Source: Terriglobia bacterium (GTDB taxonomy: Bacteria; Acidobacteriota; Terriglobia; 20CM-2-55-15). Taken from it: 64,000 nucleotides of DNA. This document shows positions 10,070 through 22,225 of this stretch, one piece after another (position 1 is the first letter of the stretch; every line of letters begins with the position of its first letter). The notes under the pieces were generated by a model, which saw only the letters and a list, made by a program, of their open reading frames with translations, was not told the origin of the DNA and made no database searches. Made by a program: the position numbers and the translations under genes. The stretch covers positions 64,001 to 128,000 of the forward strand of contig CBDCLE010000011.1 in the NCBI GenBank assembly GCA_965218585.1, given 5' to 3'.

Positions 10070-12634
10070 AAATGAACCTCCACAGGCGGGTGTCTTTCAA
10101 TGTTCAAGAAGATGCGGGCCGACTTGGATGTCGGTACTCAATCCACCGGCACGCGCTCGCGCAGCTCTTCAAACCAGTTCAGGACAACCGAAATGTTGTT
10201 TCCTCCAGAGTAATCAGTTACCAGCTTTTTCATGAGGAATCTCCCGTCGATCGGTGACAGAGCGTAGGCGCGGGCCCCGACCGCGTTGGTCCGGTATCCT
10301 CTATTTGGAAAGAGTTCTATGCCCACTCCCAGCGTAAAGTCCGGTGCAAGCTGGACCGGGGCGGCCATCATGTCACCCGCCTGGTTCAGATAAAACAGGT
10401 CACGGCCGTCCGGTCCCCATAGCGGCTGTGCGCCGCCTGCGACTGATATCTTGATGCGTCGCTGGTTCGCTTCCGGAAACGGGCGCACCCAGACCTCCAT
10501 CTGACCTGTTTCGTTCGACTGATAGGCCATCCAGTTTCCGTCGGGAGATACTTCGGCGCCGAACTCATTGTATTCCGTCGCAAGCACCGGCGCGATCTCA
10601 CCAGTGGCGCCAACTGTGAGCCGAATGACGTCAAAGCCGGCGCCCGACCTCGCCTCTGCAATCATTAACCGTGAGCTGTCCGGAGTCAGGGAATTCGGCA
10701 TATGGACCCGGGGACTTTCAAAGACGAGTTCCGCTGGAGCCGCGCCATCAGCCGCCCTCGAAAATATGTTGAAAACGCCGTTCCTGTCAGACGAAAAAAA
10801 GATACGTTGACTGTCCCGGCTCCAAACCGCAAACAGGTCCTCTGTCGGATGATCGGTCAGACGTGTCATGTTCTCGCGCTCGAAATCCCAGATGTAGATA
10901 TCTCGGTTGCGGCCACCGACATCGACAGCCACACGAGTCCCATCGGGCGAAATCCGGGGATAGACGTAGGGCCGCGCCGGTGCTCCCACCTCTTCCTCGC
11001 GGCCCTCGCGGTCGACCCAGACAAAACTGGAGGTCCCTTCGGGCTCCGTTGGCACGTAGGCGAGTGTTCCGGTCGCCGAAATGTCGAATTCCGCTCTTCC
11101 ATCCCGAGCCGAGGCAAGCGCTTCAACTCCCATTGTCATCGGCGCCCCCGCGACCTCTAACGAGCCGATGTCGAACGGCACCGCCTGCAGTCGTCCCTCA
11201 TCCGCGTAGATCAGATGCCCGCTTGCGGCGTACTGGGCAGCGCTCCCGCCTCGCAGGAGGGTTCTAATTTCGAGCGTCTCCAGGTCGATGACAGCGATAT
11301 TGAAACCCGCACCCGGTTCCTCCGGGACGATCGTGAACAGAGCGGCGCGGTCTCCGGGAAGGATTTCAGGCCACGCGTAGAAAAGCTCACCTCGTTCCGG
11401 ACCCGGACGAACAAGCAGCTCCGGCTCTCCACCTTCAGCAGGAACCCGAAACAGGCCCACGTTGTTTGCGAAAACGATCGTGTCATCAGCACCCCAGCTC
11501 CCACCGAGCTCCCTGACAGGAACAGAGGTGACAAGACTCGGGCTTCCTCCACCGACGGGCACCCGCATCAGATTTCCGGACACCCCGCTGAAGAAAGCGA
11601 CCCACTGGCTGTCCGCTGAAAAGAACGGACTGGCTCCAGTGCTCAGTGACACCGTGTCCGAGCGTTCCAGGGAGCGGATCACGAGTGAAGCGTTCGTTGA
11701 ATACGCGATGTGTGCGCCGTCGGGTGAAATGGCGGTCAAGCGCATCAGGGCGTTGGATCTCAGCGGCGCGATCGGAGTGACGTCCAGGCGCACAACTTGA
11801 CGTGACGCATCTGGACCGGAACGAGTCGTCACCAACCACCCGACCAACGCGGCGACACAAACGATTCCACCGATGGCTGCCCACATGAACTTCAGGCGCG
11901 CGCTTGCGGCGCCCGGGCCCGGCGTTCGGCCGGCGACGTCCAGCGTGGGTCGTGCCAACGCATCCCGGACATCGATTCGCGCATCACCGATGTGCTGAAG
12001 CCGATCTCTGGTATTTTTTTCCAGACACCGGACGACCAGACGCCGGATCAGCGGAGACAGGGCGGGGAGCGCGGCCAGATCCGGATCACTCTCGAGCACC
12101 TTGGCCAGAGTTTCGTTCAGCGTTGGGCGGGCGAATGCCTTTCGTCCTGTCAGCATCTCGAAAAAGACGCAACCGAACGCCCAGATGTCGGCCCTCCTGT
12201 TGGCCGTCTCTCCCCGGGCCTGCTCAGGCGACATGTACGCTGCCGTCCCAAAAATCGTGCCCGGCTTCGTCGCCAATGCACTCAACGTCGGAACGTTCGA
12301 CAGGGAATCACGCTCATCAGCGGCAAATGCCTTCGCCAAACCAAAGTCGAGCACCTTCACCTTTCCATCAGGCGTAACTTTGATGTTCGACGGTTTCAGA
12401 TCACGGTGGATGACACCTTTGTCATGGGCCGCTTCTAACGCCTCGGCGATTTGGAGGGCCAGCTTGAGTGATTCCTCCACGGGAATAGCACCACTCTTTA
12501 ACCGATCAGCGAGCGTGTTCCCTTCGACGAGTTCCAAAACAAGGAAGTGCGTTCCGTTGTCTTCTTCAAACCCGTGAATGTGAACCGCCCCGGGTTTTCC
12601 GGAGACTCCATTTCTTGAGAGGATGGGAGTCATC

Positions 12635-13863
<1,229 letters not shown>

Positions 13864-14126
13864 AACGGTCTCCGGGATTCCCGGGGCGGTTCAATGACTG
13901 CAATGTTGGGATGGTTCAGAGAAGCGAGTAGTTTGGCTTCACGTTCAAACCGTGCAAGACGATCCGCGTCTTTCGCATACTCTTCCGGCAGCGTCTTAAT
14001 AGCGACTTCACGGCCAAGTTTCGTATCACGGGCTCGCCACACTTCTCCCATGCCACCCTTACCGAGGAGTGTGCTGATCTCATAATGGCCGAGTTTGGTG
14101 CCGGATTCCATCGTTTTGGCAGTGTT

Positions 14127-14149
14127 GTGCGGTCATAGACCGCACCTAC
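14127..14149 (-). repeat. GTAG-type REP-like palindrome
   Basis: GTAG-GTGCGGTC-TAT-GACCGCAC on the minus strand; degenerate relative at 30826-30847. Confidence 0.55.
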
Positions 14150-14349
14150 AGTAAATTTGGCTAAACGATACAAGAGGTGAGGGTTATTGGCAAGAAAAGG
14201 GTCAAGTCCTCGCAAACGATCTTCTCGGACGCTGAGAATTACTTTTTGTTCGTTCCCCGCAGCCTCACTGCCAACCCGGCGATAACCCCAGTAGTATCAG
14301 CAGAAAACAAGAGCGCCTGTATAATAACTAATTTTTGAGGGGAGGACCG

Positions 14350-15147
14350 ATGACGGGCACCAAGTTTGAAGAGCTTGTCCAGATCATGGCTAGGTTGAGG
14401 GGGCCCGATGGATGCCCGTGGGACAAGGAACAGGACTTCAGGTCTCTGAAGCCGATGCTCGTCGAGGAGGTCTACGAAGTCCTCGAAGCCATCGATAGAG
14501 AGGATCACCACGGATTGGCCGAAGAACTGGGAGATCTCCTTCTGCATGTTGTCTTCCATGCCCGCCTCGGGGAAGAGCTGGGCGAATTTGGGATCGACGA
14601 TGTAATCGACGGCATCTCGGAAAAACTCATCCGCCGGCACCCTCACGTATTCGGCGAGGAAAAAGCGTCCTCGGCCAGTGACGTTGTCGACAACTGGGAG
14701 GCAATCAAGAGCCAGGAGAAAGCAGACGGAGGAGAGGCTCCTCCGAATGTGCTCGACGGCATTCCCAGAAAACTTCCCGCGTTACACGAGGCACACAAGA
14801 TTTCCTCTCGTGTGGCTCGCGTCGGTTTCGATTGGCCAAAGATCGACGCCGTCTTCGAAAAGCTTCAGGAAGAGATTCCCGAGTTGCGCGAAGCGATCGC
14901 GGAGTCGGGGAGCCGGACTCATCGCGACGAAATCGAAAGCGAGCTCGGAGACATGTTCTTTGTCCTGGTCAACATCGCGCGTTTCCTGGAAATCGACAGC
15001 GAGTCTGCACTCAAGAGCGCGAACCGGAAGTTCCGGTCTCGCTTTGATTACGTGGAACAGGAACTACTCCGTGCCGGCAAACCGAGTTCCGAATGGACCC
15101 TTGAGGAAATGGAATCGCTTTGGCAAGAGGCGAAGAAGAAGGTGTGA
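14350..15147 (+). CDS. mazG: Nucleoside triphosphate pyrophosphohydrolase MazG
   Basis: GCPWDKEQ, EEVYEV, EELGDLL, KLIRRHPHVFG, GFDW, second ELGD domain. Confidence 0.95.
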   Translation: MTGTKFEELVQIMARLRGPDGCPWDKEQDFRSLKPMLVEEVYEVLEAIDREDHHGLAEELGDLLLHVVFHARLGEELGEFGIDDVIDGISEKLIRRHPHVFGEEKASSASDVVDNWEAIKSQEKADGGEAPPNVLDGIPRKLPALHEAHKISSRVARVGFDWPKIDAVFEKLQEEIPELREAIAESGSRTHRDEIESELGDMFFVLVNIARFLEIDSESALKSANRKFRSRFDYVEQELLRAGKPSSEWTLEEMESLWQEAKKKV

Positions 15148-16463
15148 GCCGTGCCAAAGCAATTCGCGCAGATTGGATCTGTCCGGTTTCAACCCCGCCG
15201 GTCAAAGATGGAGTCATTCTGATCGAAGATGGGCGGATCGTTGAAATCGGACAGGGGGCTCCCGACGGTGTGCCTGTCGAGTTCTTCGACGGTTGCGCGA
15301 TTATCCCCGGTTTCGTCAACACGCACGTCCACCTCGAGTTTACCGTTCTTCGGGGATTTCTTGAGAACCTTCCGTTTTTCGAATGGATCCGCGCTCTGAC
15401 GCGAACCAAGTACAAACACTTAACATCGGAAGATCTTCTGTGTTCGGCGCGACTCGGCGCGATCGAGTGTCTTGAAGCCGGCGTGACTGCCGTTGGCGAA
15501 GTGACGGATCTGGGAGCTGGCTGGTCGGCAATGAACGAATTCGGCTTGCGGGGAGTTGCCTATCAAGAAGTCTTCGGCCCGTCTGAAGACGTGGCACCGG
15601 ACGCCCTGAGGGCGTTGATCGATAAAGTGGACGCGATGCGCGGGAACGAGTCACCCACCTGCCGGGTCGGAGTGTCTCCTCATGCGCCCTACTCGGTTTC
15701 GGCAAACTTGTACCGCGAGGTCTGTGGGTATGCGGACAAGGCGAACCTCCCGATCGCAGTCCATCTGGCGGAGTCATCCGAGGAAGGGAATTTCGTTCGA
15801 GACGGGACCGGGCCCTTCGCCGAATTCTTGAAAGGTCGCGATATCCCTGTCACTGCTTACGGAATCACGCCTATCGCCTATCTCGACAGTTTGGGAATTC
15901 TTCGCCCACAGACCCTGGCTATCCACACCATCGACTGTGATGCCCAGGATGTAGAACTTCTCAAAAAGTCTGGGACTGCCATCGCTCACTGCCCGAAATC
16001 GAACCTGAAGCTGGGGCATGGAATCGCACCGGTCAGCGAGTTTCTGGAGGCTCGAATCGAGGTCGGTCTCGGCACCGACAGCGTCGCAAGCAACAACGTC
16101 GTCGACATGTTCGAGGAAATGCGCACCGCGGCCTTTCTTCAGAGAACCCGATCGGAAAGCTCTACGGCGATTACCGCGACTGAGGCGCTCGGTATGGCAA
16201 CGCTCGGCGGGGCTCGTGCGCTCGGCTTGGGAAAATATCTCGGCAGCATCGAAACAGGCAAACTGGCCGACCTTGCGGTTGTCGATCTGGGAGACGTCGC
16301 ACTCCAACCTGTTTACGATCCCGTCGAGACGATGGTGTACTCTGCGAGCCGGAAAAGCGTTTTAGCTACTTTTTTGGGCGGGGAACGGGTGAGGGTCGAT
16401 TCTTCCGCGCTTCTCTCCGAAGCAAAGGAAATCGCCGACCGTCTCCAATTAGCTGAACTCTGA
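15144..16463 (+). CDS. Amidohydrolase, MTA/SAH deaminase-like
   Basis: PGFVNTHVH, SPHAPYS, HLAES..E, HCPKSNLKL, GLGTDS. Confidence 0.85.
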   Translation: MSRAKAIRADWICPVSTPPVKDGVILIEDGRIVEIGQGAPDGVPVEFFDGCAIIPGFVNTHVHLEFTVLRGFLENLPFFEWIRALTRTKYKHLTSEDLLCSARLGAIECLEAGVTAVGEVTDLGAGWSAMNEFGLRGVAYQEVFGPSEDVAPDALRALIDKVDAMRGNESPTCRVGVSPHAPYSVSANLYREVCGYADKANLPIAVHLAESSEEGNFVRDGTGPFAEFLKGRDIPVTAYGITPIAYLDSLGILRPQTLAIHTIDCDAQDVELLKKSGTAIAHCPKSNLKLGHGIAPVSEFLEARIEVGLGTDSVASNNVVDMFEEMRTAAFLQRTRSESSTAITATEALGMATLGGARALGLGKYLGSIETGKLADLAVVDLGDVALQPVYDPVETMVYSASRKSVLATFLGGERVRVDSSALLSEAKEIADRLQLAEL

Positions 16464-16476
16464 CGACTCCAGAGGC

Positions 16477-17070
16477 TCAGACTTTTCGCAAGAGGTGGCC
16501 GAGCTTGTCTTTTTTCGTCCGCAGATAATGTTCGGTGGTGTTGGAGGGCGGAATCTCGATGGGGACACGTTCAATCTCGTCGATACCGGCTTCTTCAAGA
16601 GCAGCAAGCTTTTGCGGGTTATTCGACATGAGCCGGACTCGCCGGACAGCAAACTCATTCAGAACTGCCCCGCACAGTGTATAGGTTCGCTGATCGGCTT
16701 CGAATCCGAGCTGATGATTGGCCTCAACGGTATCGTGACCGGAATCCTGAAGTTCGTAAGCCAGCAGCTTGTTCATGAGACCGATACCGCGGCCTTCGGC
16801 TAACTGATAGATCAGGATGCCCTCGCCTTCTTCGGATATCTTTTGAAGGGCGAGTTCCAACTGATCGCCGCAGTCGCAACGGGACGAAGAAAAAGTCTCT
16901 CCGGTAAGACACTGGGAGTGAATCCGCACCAGCGCAGACGGCTCATTCCAGGGAGTGCCCATCACCAGAGCGATGATGCTCTCGTTGCCGGACTTTTCCT
17001 CGAAACTGAAAATCCGGAAAGTCCCGAACTTCGTAGGAAGCGCGGCCTCGGCCACTTTGCGAATATCCAT
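16477..17070 (-). CDS. ribA: GTP cyclohydrolase II
   Basis: VRIHSQCLTG, RCDCG.QL, EGRGIGL.NK, SNNP.K, YLRTKK.KLGH. Confidence 0.95.
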   Translation of the reverse strand: MDIRKVAEAALPTKFGTFRIFSFEEKSGNESIIALVMGTPWNEPSALVRIHSQCLTGETFSSSRCDCGDQLELALQKISEEGEGILIYQLAEGRGIGLMNKLLAYELQDSGHDTVEANHQLGFEADQRTYTLCGAVLNEFAVRRVRLMSNNPQKLAALEEAGIDEIERVPIEIPPSNTTEHYLRTKKDKLGHLLRKV

Positions 17071-17112
17071 ACGCAGGCAATTCTAACACGTTGTAGAGGG
17101 TCGTTTTAGAGC

Positions 17113-17697
17113 TCAGTTGGCTGTGGGACTGACGACGATGTCGTCGGGACTGCCCACCACGCGGTCGGGCCCGGAAGACCTGAGGCTGTAACTCCCATCG
17201 CCGGATTCATAACCAATAGGGCTACCCCATGCATCGTCCCGAATCAATTCCGATATGAACAAGGGATGCAAGATGTCCGATAGGTAGCCATCCGGGCTGA
17301 TTTCCGGAAGGGCCCCGTTTTCGTCTCGATATGCATTCACCCCAAACGCGAGTTGTTGCATTGCGACGGTGGTCTGTTCGTTGTTCTGCGCTTCCAGAGC
17401 CCTGAGGAACATACCGACATCGACCCACTGCCGATCACCCAGGCGGGCTGAAACGATCATCCAGTCTCCGTCCGGTCCCCTCTCGAACTGGAACGCCATC
17501 TTGACGCTCGTTTCGGCAATCATCCGGTCTCCGCTCTCGGTGACAATCCTTTCGATAGCAACGTCGGAAGGAACCAGCTCGGAGTCTCCAAGGCTTGCAA
17601 TCTGAGACCTCGCGTTGCGCGCTGACAGGCCCGAACCACAGCCGCTCGGTGCGACCAGGAGAAGGAGTCCCAGTGCCGACAAAACCGCGTATCTCAT
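17113..17697 (-). CDS. Putative lipoprotein with GspG (T2SS pseudopilin)-like C-terminal domain
   Basis: Hydrophobic N-terminus ending PSGC; DAWGSPIGY...LRSSGPD...G.PDDI. Confidence 0.6.
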   Translation of the reverse strand: MRYAVLSALGLLLLVAPSGCGSGLSARNARSQIASLGDSELVPSDVAIERIVTESGDRMIAETSVKMAFQFERGPDGDWMIVSARLGDRQWVDVGMFLRALEAQNNEQTTVAMQQLAFGVNAYRDENGALPEISPDGYLSDILHPLFISELIRDDAWGSPIGYESGDGSYSLRSSGPDRVVGSPDDIVVSPTAN

Positions 17698-17833
17698 AGG
17701 GAATATGAGTCTATCACGTTGTGATATGATCCAATCCAATTCGAGAGTAGCGTATTCGATGGCTGCGGCGAATGCGCTTTTTGTCGTCACATCCAGACTG
17801 TTTTCAGCATCTACTCAAATAGCGGGGGATCGA

Positions 17834-18529
17834 GTGCGGGTCAACGTTCTTTTCTTTGCGTCGCTGAAAGATATTGTCGGATCGCGGGATCTTACCCTTG
17901 ATGTCAGCCTCAACTCGACAGTGGCGGAGGTTCTCGAACAACTCGAATCGAACCATCCCGGCCTGAAACCGTATAGGCCAATCCTCCTGACAGCCGTAAA
18001 CGAAGAATACGTAGAACAAACCCACACGGTCGAGGAGGGAGACGAAATCGCCGTTTTCCCCCCTGTAAGTGGAGGAGAAGTGTCCGGCCATTCTTTGAGA
18101 CGAAACCGCCCCCATGAGTTTTACGAAATCACGCAGGAACCGATCGATTCGGTAAAGATTTCCCGAGAACTGCTGCAAGACGAGGACGGGGCGATCTGTG
18201 TATTCGAAGGCGTCGTTCGAAATCATTCGAAAGGGAAGGCGACCCGATACCTGATCTACGAAGCCTACGAAGGAATGGCCCTGAAAAAATGCGAAGAAAT
18301 CGGCCAACTTGTCCGCAAGACATGGGAAATCGATTCCATCGGCATTGTCCATCGTCTGGGTCGACTCGAGATTGGTGAAGCTTCGGTGGCGGTCATCGTA
18401 ACGTCACCTCATCGTCGTGCTGCATTTGATGCCTGTCACTACGCAATTGACCGACTGAAGAAGATCGTCCCTATCTGGAAGAAGGAATATTTCGAAGACG
18501 GGGAAGTCTGGGTCGAGGGACAGAATTAA
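17834..18529 (+). CDS. moaE: MoaD-MoaE fusion, molybdopterin synthase
   Basis: VLFFASLK...AVN.EY...PPVSGG (MoaD) fused to FEGVVRNH...HRLG.L.IGE...VPIWKKE (MoaE). Confidence 0.92.
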   Translation: MRVNVLFFASLKDIVGSRDLTLDVSLNSTVAEVLEQLESNHPGLKPYRPILLTAVNEEYVEQTHTVEEGDEIAVFPPVSGGEVSGHSLRRNRPHEFYEITQEPIDSVKISRELLQDEDGAICVFEGVVRNHSKGKATRYLIYEAYEGMALKKCEEIGQLVRKTWEIDSIGIVHRLGRLEIGEASVAVIVTSPHRRAAFDACHYAIDRLKKIVPIWKKEYFEDGEVWVEGQN

Positions 18530-18530
18530 A

Positions 18531-18551
18531 TTGGGGACAGTGAGCAATTTC
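18531..18551. repeat. Single arm of the GGGGACAGTGAGC palindromic element
   Basis: GGGGACAGTGAGCAATTTC matches the arms of the palindrome at 30357-30438. Confidence 0.6.
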
Positions 18552-18562
18552 GGAGCGCTCAC

Positions 18563-20036
18563 TAGTACTACTGTGTTACAAACGGTCTATTTTATGTTAG
18601 CATCCGGTCATGAGCGCCAAATCGAAGGCGCCAGGCACTCAGGAAAAACGTTTTGCGGCCTATTTGGAACGCCTGGCGTCGGCCGCAGGACACGCCGATC
18701 GTCATGAACCGTTGAAGTCGTACTGCACCGGGTTGTTGCTGCCGATCAAACGTAAGAGTGTGGAGCCGATGGCTGCACGATTGGCTCCGGATAATGTACG
18801 CCGAATGCACCAGTCGCTACATCATCTGGTCGCGGATGCGCCCTGGGACGATGCGGCTCTGTTGGCAGAAGTTCGACAGTACGCGCTGGGGGCGATGGAA
18901 GCCAACGGTCCGATTGAAGCCTGGATTGTCGACGACACCGGATTCGTGAAAAAGGGGACCCACTCGGTGGGTGTGGCCCGGCAATACTGTGGACAGGTCG
19001 GCAAACCTGAGAACTGCCGGGTGGCGGTGAGCCTGTCGGTGGCGACAGCGAAATCCAGCTTGCCGGTGGCATGGCGACTCTACCTCCCCGAGACCTGGGC
19101 GAAGGATCCGGAACGTCGAAGCAAAGCCGCTATTCCCGAAGACGTTCGATTTCAAACTAAACCTCAAATTGCTTTGGAACAAATCCGGCAGGCCGTCGAT
19201 GACGGCATTGCTCCGGCACCGGTTCTGGGCGATACGGCCTACGGCAACAACTACAAGTTCCGGCACGGCATCACCGAACTCGGACTTAGCTACGTCCTAG
19301 GGGTGCAAGGCACCACGACCGTGTGGAAACCGGGCCAGGGTCCCTTGCCGCCGAAATCCTTGACCGGCCGCGGACGGACACCGACCCGCATGCAGCGCAA
19401 CAAGAAACATCAACCGGTTTCGGTCAAGCAACTGGCCCTCTCGTTGTCTCCCCAGCGTTGGAAGAACGTCTCCTGGCGCGAAGGCACCTCCGAGACCCTG
19501 CGTTCCCGTTTCGCCGCAGTTCGCATTCGTCCCGCTCATCTGGATCACGAGCGCCACTCGCCGCATCCGAAAGAGTGGTTGTTGGTCGAGTGGCCCAAGA
19601 CCGCATCCGAACCGATCCGGTACTGGCTCTCCACTCTTGGGGCCCATACCTCGCTTTCCGATCTGGCCGGTCAGGCCAAACAGCGCTGGATCATCGAACG
19701 CGACTATCAGGAACTCAAGCAGGAACTCGGTCTGGGACACTACGAAGGTCGCGGCTGGCGTGGATTTCACCATCATGGCACCTTATGTATTGCCTCTTAT
19801 GGGTTCCTGGTCGCCGAGCGGAGCCGTTTTTCCCCCTCTGCATTTGTCGAGCATGTTGGACTATCCGTCCCCAAACTCCCCAAACACTTCAAACCCCGCG
19901 GAACCCCGGATCCGGCCCGAACGACATAACCCCTGCTCGATTGCCACGCTTCGCATTCGCATCGCCCGCTTCCTGATTCAGCAGCTTCCTCGTTGTCCGT
20001 TCTGTGGACCGCTTCGTTTGTAACACAGTAGTACTA
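18563..20036 (+). mobile_element. IS701 family element
   Basis: Perfect 22-bp inverted repeat TAGTACTACTGTGTTACAAACG/CGTTTGTAACACAGTAGTACTA; target duplication CTA or TA, so exact ends are ambiguous. Confidence 0.9.
18610..19929 (+). CDS. IS701 family transposase
   Basis: RKSVEPMA, IVDDTGFVKKG.HSVGVARQYCG, RW.IERDYQELKQELGL.HYEGR.WRGFHHH. Confidence 0.93.
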   Translation: MSAKSKAPGTQEKRFAAYLERLASAAGHADRHEPLKSYCTGLLLPIKRKSVEPMAARLAPDNVRRMHQSLHHLVADAPWDDAALLAEVRQYALGAMEANGPIEAWIVDDTGFVKKGTHSVGVARQYCGQVGKPENCRVAVSLSVATAKSSLPVAWRLYLPETWAKDPERRSKAAIPEDVRFQTKPQIALEQIRQAVDDGIAPAPVLGDTAYGNNYKFRHGITELGLSYVLGVQGTTTVWKPGQGPLPPKSLTGRGRTPTRMQRNKKHQPVSVKQLALSLSPQRWKNVSWREGTSETLRSRFAAVRIRPAHLDHERHSPHPKEWLLVEWPKTASEPIRYWLSTLGAHTSLSDLAGQAKQRWIIERDYQELKQELGLGHYEGRGWRGFHHHGTLCIASYGFLVAERSRFSPSAFVEHVGLSVPKLPKHFKPRGTPDPARTT

Positions 20037-20192
20037 CTCGGTCATGCCGATATTCAGACCACAGCCAATATCTACACGGATGTTAACGACGACGATGTTC
20101 AGAAGGCCGCCGACGTGTTAGATGAGGCCCTGAAGATTTCTTGTGGTACATCTGTGGTACAAACGCCTTCCATCACCGAAGTGGTGCAGTAG
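20034..20192 (+). pseudogene. C-terminal remnant of a tyrosine integrase
   Basis: LLGHADIQTTANIYT (box II His and catalytic Tyr), pointing toward the tRNA 3' end. Confidence 0.8.
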
Positions 20193-20243
20193 GGCTCAAT
20201 CGTTCGTAGACGTGATGCTCAAAGGAAATCCCGCTAAGCCCAA

Positions 20244-20270
20244 CAAAAAAAGCCACCTTCCGGTGACCTT
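20244..20270 (-). terminator. Rho-independent terminator after tRNA-fMet
   Basis: Minus strand GGTCACC-GGAA-GGTGGCT followed by a T tract. Confidence 0.65.
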
Positions 20271-20297
20271 AATCGTTCCCTTATGGGCTGCCTGTTA

Positions 20298-20369
<72 letters not shown>

Positions 20370-20446
20370 TCGTGGTTACCATCTTAAGAACTCTGTTACG
20401 GATCGTCAAGCGGACGAGAGTGGGGGAGGGCAGTAACCCTTTAATC

Positions 20447-20776
20447 TCAACGAACGGATTCGGGTCGAGGGCCGTCGGAGGGTAAGACCAGAATGATTTC
20501 ACCGGGTCGGACCAGCCTCAGGTCTTCGCGCGCACGGCGCTCGATTTCGGACGGTTCGGTGCGCAGGTTACGGATTTCCTGTGCCAACTGTACGTTCTCG
20601 GTTTCCAGTGTCTGGATCTCGGCCTGGAGTTCGGCCAGTTCGGTGGTTTTTCGACGGACTTCCAGCAGGCCACGGTCGCTGATCAGGGTTAAGACGAGAG
20701 TGGCCAGAGTCAACAGGCCGAAAACGGCGAGACCCACTCGGACCATCATTCCCTGAGCTATGCTTCGGTTGTCCAT
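20447..20776 (-). CDS. ftsB: Septum formation initiator FtsB/DivIC family
   Basis: TM helix, coiled coil, IERRARE.L.LVRPGE. Confidence 0.8.
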   Translation of the reverse strand: MDNRSIAQGMMVRVGLAVFGLLTLATLVLTLISDRGLLEVRRKTTELAELQAEIQTLETENVQLAQEIRNLRTEPSEIERRAREDLRLVRPGEIILVLPSDGPRPESVR

Positions 20777-22167
20777 CGTTCCCCGTATTCGAGGAGCTGC
20801 TCCAGTTCCCGGCGGCTCGTCGCTTCCGCGTAAAATCTGACGACCGGTTCTGTGCCCGAAGGCTTGGCCAGGACCCAGCTGCCGTCTCCAAATATCAGCT
20901 TCAGACCATCGGTTCGGTCTGTCTTCTCAACCTTCTTACCGAAGAAGTCTGAAACGTTGGATGCAATTTTTGCGTCCAACGCATTCCGAACAGATGGCTT
21001 AAGCCGAATGTTCAGACGACGATTATACACTGCACCGGTCCGTTCAAAAAGGTTTTTCAGTAGTGTGCTCAATGATTTCCCGCGCTCGGCGACCATTTCG
21101 GCGACCAGGAGGCAGGCCAAGATCCCGTCCTTTTCCGGCAGGTGTCCCTGAATCGCAAGGCCCGCACTTTCTTCGCCTCCCAGAATGATCCGGCCCTGTT
21201 CGATATATTCCCCGATGTATTTGAAACCGACGGGAGTTTCGAGTACCTCCAGACCGTGGAGCTCGGCGACGCGATCGATCAGGTGGGTTGTGGCCACGGT
21301 GCGGGCGACGGCCCCACCCCAACCCCGGCTCTCGACGAGGTAGTCCAGAAGCAGGGCGATGACTTCGTTCGGGTAGACGTAGTCGCCGTTCGAATCGAGT
21401 ATGCCGAAGCGGTCCGCATCGCCGTCGGTTCCGAATCCAAGTGTGAGTTCCTCATGCAGCACGGCATGCTTCAGGCCTCCAAGATTCTCCTCATCGGGTT
21501 CGGGGTGGTCGCCGCCAAAGTAGACGTCGCGTTCGGTGTGCAGGGTATAGGGGGTGATTCCTTCGGATTCCAAAAGATAGTCGAGATATCCCGCCCCGAC
21601 GCCGTGGAGCGGGTCGTAACCGATGCGAATTCCGGATCTGCGGATGGCTTCGAAGTCGATCTTTGTTGTGAGGCTTCTGAGGTATTCGTCCCGGATATCG
21701 ACGCCTTCGATGTTCTCTGGCGCCGGAACCGATTGAAATTGCCAATCACTCTTCTGAAGCTCGATGATGGCACGCTCGATACTTTCTGTCACATCAGGTA
21801 AGGCGGGCGAGCCATCGGCGCCGGAGAACTTCAGGCCGTTATATTCGCCAGGATTGTGACTGGCTGTTATGTTGATTGCTCCGTCGAGTTTTCGGTGGCG
21901 TACTGAGAAGGAAACAGCGGGAGTGGGCACAGGCTTGTCCGAGACGAGAGCGTGGATGCCGTCTGCGGAAAGGACGTTTGCAACCTGGGCGGCGAAGTGT
22001 TCAGAAGCGAATCGAGTGTCGTATCCTACCAGCAGCGTCGGTGAAGGTGATCGCTTAAGGATGTGTTGCGCGATTGCTTCGGTTGCCAGCCGTACGTTGG
22101 CAAAGGTGAAGTCCTCGGCGATGATCGCGCGCCATCCCGAGGTTCCAAACTTGATCGTAGCTGCCAT
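20758..22167 (-). CDS. Phosphoglucomutase/phosphomannomutase
   Basis: FGTSGWR, TASHNP, DGDADR, GGEESAG, PSGTEP. Confidence 0.93.
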   Translation of the reverse strand: MAATIKFGTSGWRAIIAEDFTFANVRLATEAIAQHILKRSPSPTLLVGYDTRFASEHFAAQVANVLSADGIHALVSDKPVPTPAVSFSVRHRKLDGAINITASHNPGEYNGLKFSGADGSPALPDVTESIERAIIELQKSDWQFQSVPAPENIEGVDIRDEYLRSLTTKIDFEAIRRSGIRIGYDPLHGVGAGYLDYLLESEGITPYTLHTERDVYFGGDHPEPDEENLGGLKHAVLHEELTLGFGTDGDADRFGILDSNGDYVYPNEVIALLLDYLVESRGWGGAVARTVATTHLIDRVAELHGLEVLETPVGFKYIGEYIEQGRIILGGEESAGLAIQGHLPEKDGILACLLVAEMVAERGKSLSTLLKNLFERTGAVYNRRLNIRLKPSVRNALDAKIASNVSDFFGKKVEKTDRTDGLKLIFGDGSWVLAKPSGTEPVVRFYAEATSRRELEQLLEYGERWTTEA

Positions 22168-22225
22168 ACCCGTCGCTATCTTAACAGTCGTTTCTCAGTA
22201 AATGACGGGAAGGTATCCGCCCTTT

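Noticed and set aside
14350-16463. mazG plus deaminase as a nucleotide-depletion defence system
   Set aside because: Canonical two-domain housekeeping MazG in a core metabolic context
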